From assembly GCA_014763615.1 (NCBI GenBank), contig JACXVB010000005.1, positions 20,457-84,456 of the forward strand: a DNA stretch of 64,000 bases. Reading direction: 5' to 3'. Of the stretch, positions 61,526 through 64,000 are shown in pieces. The notes under the pieces were generated by a model that saw only the letters and a program-made list of their open reading frames with translations, was not told the origin of the DNA and made no database searches. Each line of letters opens with the position of its first letter. Position 1 is the first letter of the stretch. The DNA is from Sphingobacteriales bacterium (GTDB taxonomy: Bacteria; Bacteroidota; Bacteroidia; Sphingobacteriales; Sphingobacteriaceae). The position numbers were made by a program, and so were the translations under genes.

Positions 61526-63286
61526 TTATTGAATATTTAATTTGAAAGGAATTCTAGCCTGTAAACCTTTCATTTCTGTGATTTCTTTCAACTGCTCATA
61601 ATAAGGATAACTTACACCCAACTGTTGTTTGGTGATATAAGTTTTGATTTTATCTCCAGAATCGTCTAGCAAGCCAAAGAAATTATCTTTTATCTCAGGA
61701 TAATCCACAATTTGATAAGATTTTACTCCAGCTTTTTTGGCAGCAGAGGCAATAGCATCATCTAAATGACCTAATTTATCAACTAAACCTATCTTGATGG
61801 CTTGTTCTCCGGTCCAAACTCTACCTTGACCAATGCTATCTACATAAGTCTGAGAAATATGGCGACCTTCTGCAACTTTTTGAGTGAAATCAGCATAAGT
61901 CCTGTTGACTTCTTTTTGCATAATCATTTTTTCAGCCGGAGAAAGAGGACGAGTAATATCGCCTAAATCTGCATATTGACCTGTTTTTACGTTATCAAAA
62001 GTGATTCCCAGCTTTTCGTTAAAAAATCCTTTTAGGTTAGGAATAATGGCAAAAACACCAATTGATCCCGTAATCGTATTCGGTTCTGCATAAATAGAAT
62101 CTGCGGCACATGAGATATAATATCCACCAGAAGCGGCATAATCACCCATAGATACCACAATAGGTTTTACTTTTTTAGTGAGCATTACTTCTCTCCAAAT
62201 CACGTCAGAAGCTAAAGAACTTCCACCTGGGCTGTTTACTCTAAAAACAACGGCTTTAATTTTATTGTCTAATCTCGCTTTTCTTAAAGCTCTTGAAATA
62301 GTTTCTGAACCTATGCTATTTTCATCGCCTTCGCCACCATTAATATCTCCGTTAGCATAAATCACGGCAATTTTATCAGCGGCACTGCGGTCGTCTTTAA
62401 TAGAATTTGCGTACTCCGTAACACCAATGGTTTTTAATTTATCGTCTTTGCTAAGCCCTGCATCAGACTTTAACTCATCCAGTATCTGATCTTTATATTT
62501 TAAGGCATCAACCAATTTGTATTTAACAGCATCTTCTGGTGAGCTAGATTTTAGATTATTTGCAATTTCAATGACAGTATCTGGAGAGATATTTCTGCTT
62601 TTGGCTATTTCTGCCGTAAAGTGTTGGTATAAAGAACCTAAAAGAGCAGTGGTTTGCATTCTGTTGGCATCGCTCATTTTATCTAAAATGAAGGGTTCTA
62701 CGGCACTTTTATAGGTTCCTACTTTAATAACTTGAGCTTCAATATTTAATTTATCTAAAGCTCCTTTATAGAAAGTAATTTCAGAGCTTAAGCCCTTTAA
62801 TTCTAAAATTCCTTGTGGGTTGAGGTAAACTTTATTTGCAACAGAAGCTACATAATAAGCACCTTGCGTATATACTTCGCTATAAGCGATGATAAATTTT
62901 CCTGATTTTTTAAAATCAATTAAAGCATCTCTGATTTCTTCAATACTGGCAAATCCAGTAGTCATGAAACTTACATCTAAATAAATTCCTTTAATATGAT
63001 CATCTTGTTTTGCATTTTTGATGCTTTTTAAGATATCATCTAAACCTAACACTTTATCGCCTTTAAAAGGCCCAATATCAAGATTGTTTAAAGGATTATT
63101 GGCGCTTCTTTCGATAATTGGAAGGCTTAAATTAAGATGTAATACCGTGTTGTCACTTACCTCTACTTTATCTTTAGAGCTGCTAACAATAGCCGTTATT
63201 CCGGTAATAAAAATGATGATAAAAAGAATTGCTGTGAAGATAAAGCCTAGCATAGAGGCGAAAACAAACTTGAAAAATTGTTTCAT
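61526..63286 (-). CDS. sppA: Signal peptide peptidase SppA (67K type)
   Basis: VIKVGTYKSA, VNSPGGS, AASGGY, GSIGV, QGRVWTG. Confidence 0.95.
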   Translation of the reverse strand: MKQFFKFVFASMLGFIFTAILFIIIFITGITAIVSSSKDKVEVSDNTVLHLNLSLPIIERSANNPLNNLDIGPFKGDKVLGLDDILKSIKNAKQDDHIKGIYLDVSFMTTGFASIEEIRDALIDFKKSGKFIIAYSEVYTQGAYYVASVANKVYLNPQGILELKGLSSEITFYKGALDKLNIEAQVIKVGTYKSAVEPFILDKMSDANRMQTTALLGSLYQHFTAEIAKSRNISPDTVIEIANNLKSSSPEDAVKYKLVDALKYKDQILDELKSDAGLSKDDKLKTIGVTEYANSIKDDRSAADKIAVIYANGDINGGEGDENSIGSETISRALRKARLDNKIKAVVFRVNSPGGSSLASDVIWREVMLTKKVKPIVVSMGDYAASGGYYISCAADSIYAEPNTITGSIGVFAIIPNLKGFFNEKLGITFDNVKTGQYADLGDITRPLSPAEKMIMQKEVNRTYADFTQKVAEGRHISQTYVDSIGQGRVWTGEQAIKIGLVDKLGHLDDAIASAAKKAGVKSYQIVDYPEIKDNFFGLLDDSGDKIKTYITKQQLGVSYPYYEQLKEITEMKGLQARIPFKLNIQ

Positions 63287-63364
63287 TGATGAAAATTTTA
63301 TTAAAAATGCTACTTTGCAAATATAATTTTTAGATTTTCATTCATAGTAATTGTTACAACATTT

Positions 63365-63862
63365 ATGTGTCAGGTTTATTTATCTTTAGGAGGGAATTTG
63401 GGTGATAGATTATCAAACTTGACTAACGCAATTCAGCTCATGAAAGAAAGGATAGGAGAGATATTGCAAGAATCTACAATTTACGAAACTAAAGCCTGGG
63501 GTGATATTCATCAACCTGATTATTTGAATATGGTCCTAGTACTGAGAACAAACTTAAAGCCTGAAGAATTATTGGATGAAACCCAAAAAATTGAAAATGA
63601 ACTAGGCAGAAAGAGAAGCGAAAAATGGGGCGCTAGAACAATTGATATTGATATTTTATTTATTAATCATCAGATTATCAATACAGAAAGGCTAAAAGTA
63701 CCACATCCTTTAATGAGTGAGAGAAAATTTGTATTATTGCCATTGGAAGAAATTGCTCCCGAATTTATTCATCCAATTTTTAAAACTTCTATCAAAACCT
63801 TAGCTTCAAACTGTGAAGATACCTTAGAAGTTAAAAGATTAAACTTTAAAAACTCTTTATGA
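63365..63862 (+). CDS. folK: 2-amino-4-hydroxy-6-hydroxymethyldihydropteridine pyrophosphokinase
   Basis: LSLGGNLGD, QPDYLN, RTIDIDIL, PHP, ERKFVL. Confidence 0.95.
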   Translation: MCQVYLSLGGNLGDRLSNLTNAIQLMKERIGEILQESTIYETKAWGDIHQPDYLNMVLVLRTNLKPEELLDETQKIENELGRKRSEKWGARTIDIDILFINHQIINTERLKVPHPLMSERKFVLLPLEEIAPEFIHPIFKTSIKTLASNCEDTLEVKRLNFKNSL

Positions 63863-64000
63863 GTATAGATAAAACTAACATAGTAATTGATTTAAGTTAT
63901 TTAAAAGAAGTGTCAAGCGATAATAATGAGTTTATGATAGAGATGATCGACATTTTTCAGGCGCAAACGCCAGGATATGTAGAATCATTATCATCTGCAA
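63859..64000 (+). CDS. 5' part of a stand-alone Hpt (histidine phosphotransfer) domain protein, runs off the window
   Basis: ATGA overlap with the folK stop; MSIDKTNIVIDLSYLKEVSSDNNEFMIEMIDIFQAQTP resembles Bacteroidota Hpt N-termini. The conserved His is beyond the window. Confidence 0.65.
   Translation, partial: MSIDKTNIVIDLSYLKEVSSDNNEFMIEMIDIFQAQTPGYVESLSSA

Overview
AT-rich Bacteroidota chromosome segment, most consistent with Sphingobacteriaceae (Pedobacter-like). This rests on gene content and TTTG-N19-TAnnTTTG promoters and is an inference, not a database match. Most of the window is housekeeping or metabolic: murA, UvrD/PcrA helicase, slyD, ABC-F, hscA, tig-clpP-clpX, amn, tgt, lptF/G, rsmG, dprA, PolX-PHP, sppA, folK, tRNA-Pro(TGG) and tRNA-Leu(TAG). 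It also holds three AcvB/VirJ hydrolase paralogs, a DUF547/flavoprotein/membrane-ferredoxin/two-GT2 operon, an orphan ccoI-ccoS pair and two gene remnants (SusD-like, MBL-fold). The standout is 12988-15231. A membrane receptor (signal peptide, periplasmic TPR array, TM helix, HisKA H-box but no HATPase domain) is transcribed divergently from three tandem tiny exported-peptide genes, two of which are missing from the ORF track. All three end in [LV][GA]TWD-stop. Two are near-identical lipoproteins whose last 17 codons differ only by synonymous changes. This looks like an undescribed peptide-ligand/TPR-receptor signalling cassette in a Gram-negative bacterium. A second, soluble HATPase-less HisKA protein lies at 25609-26100. 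No CRISPR array, rRNA or intact mobile element was seen.
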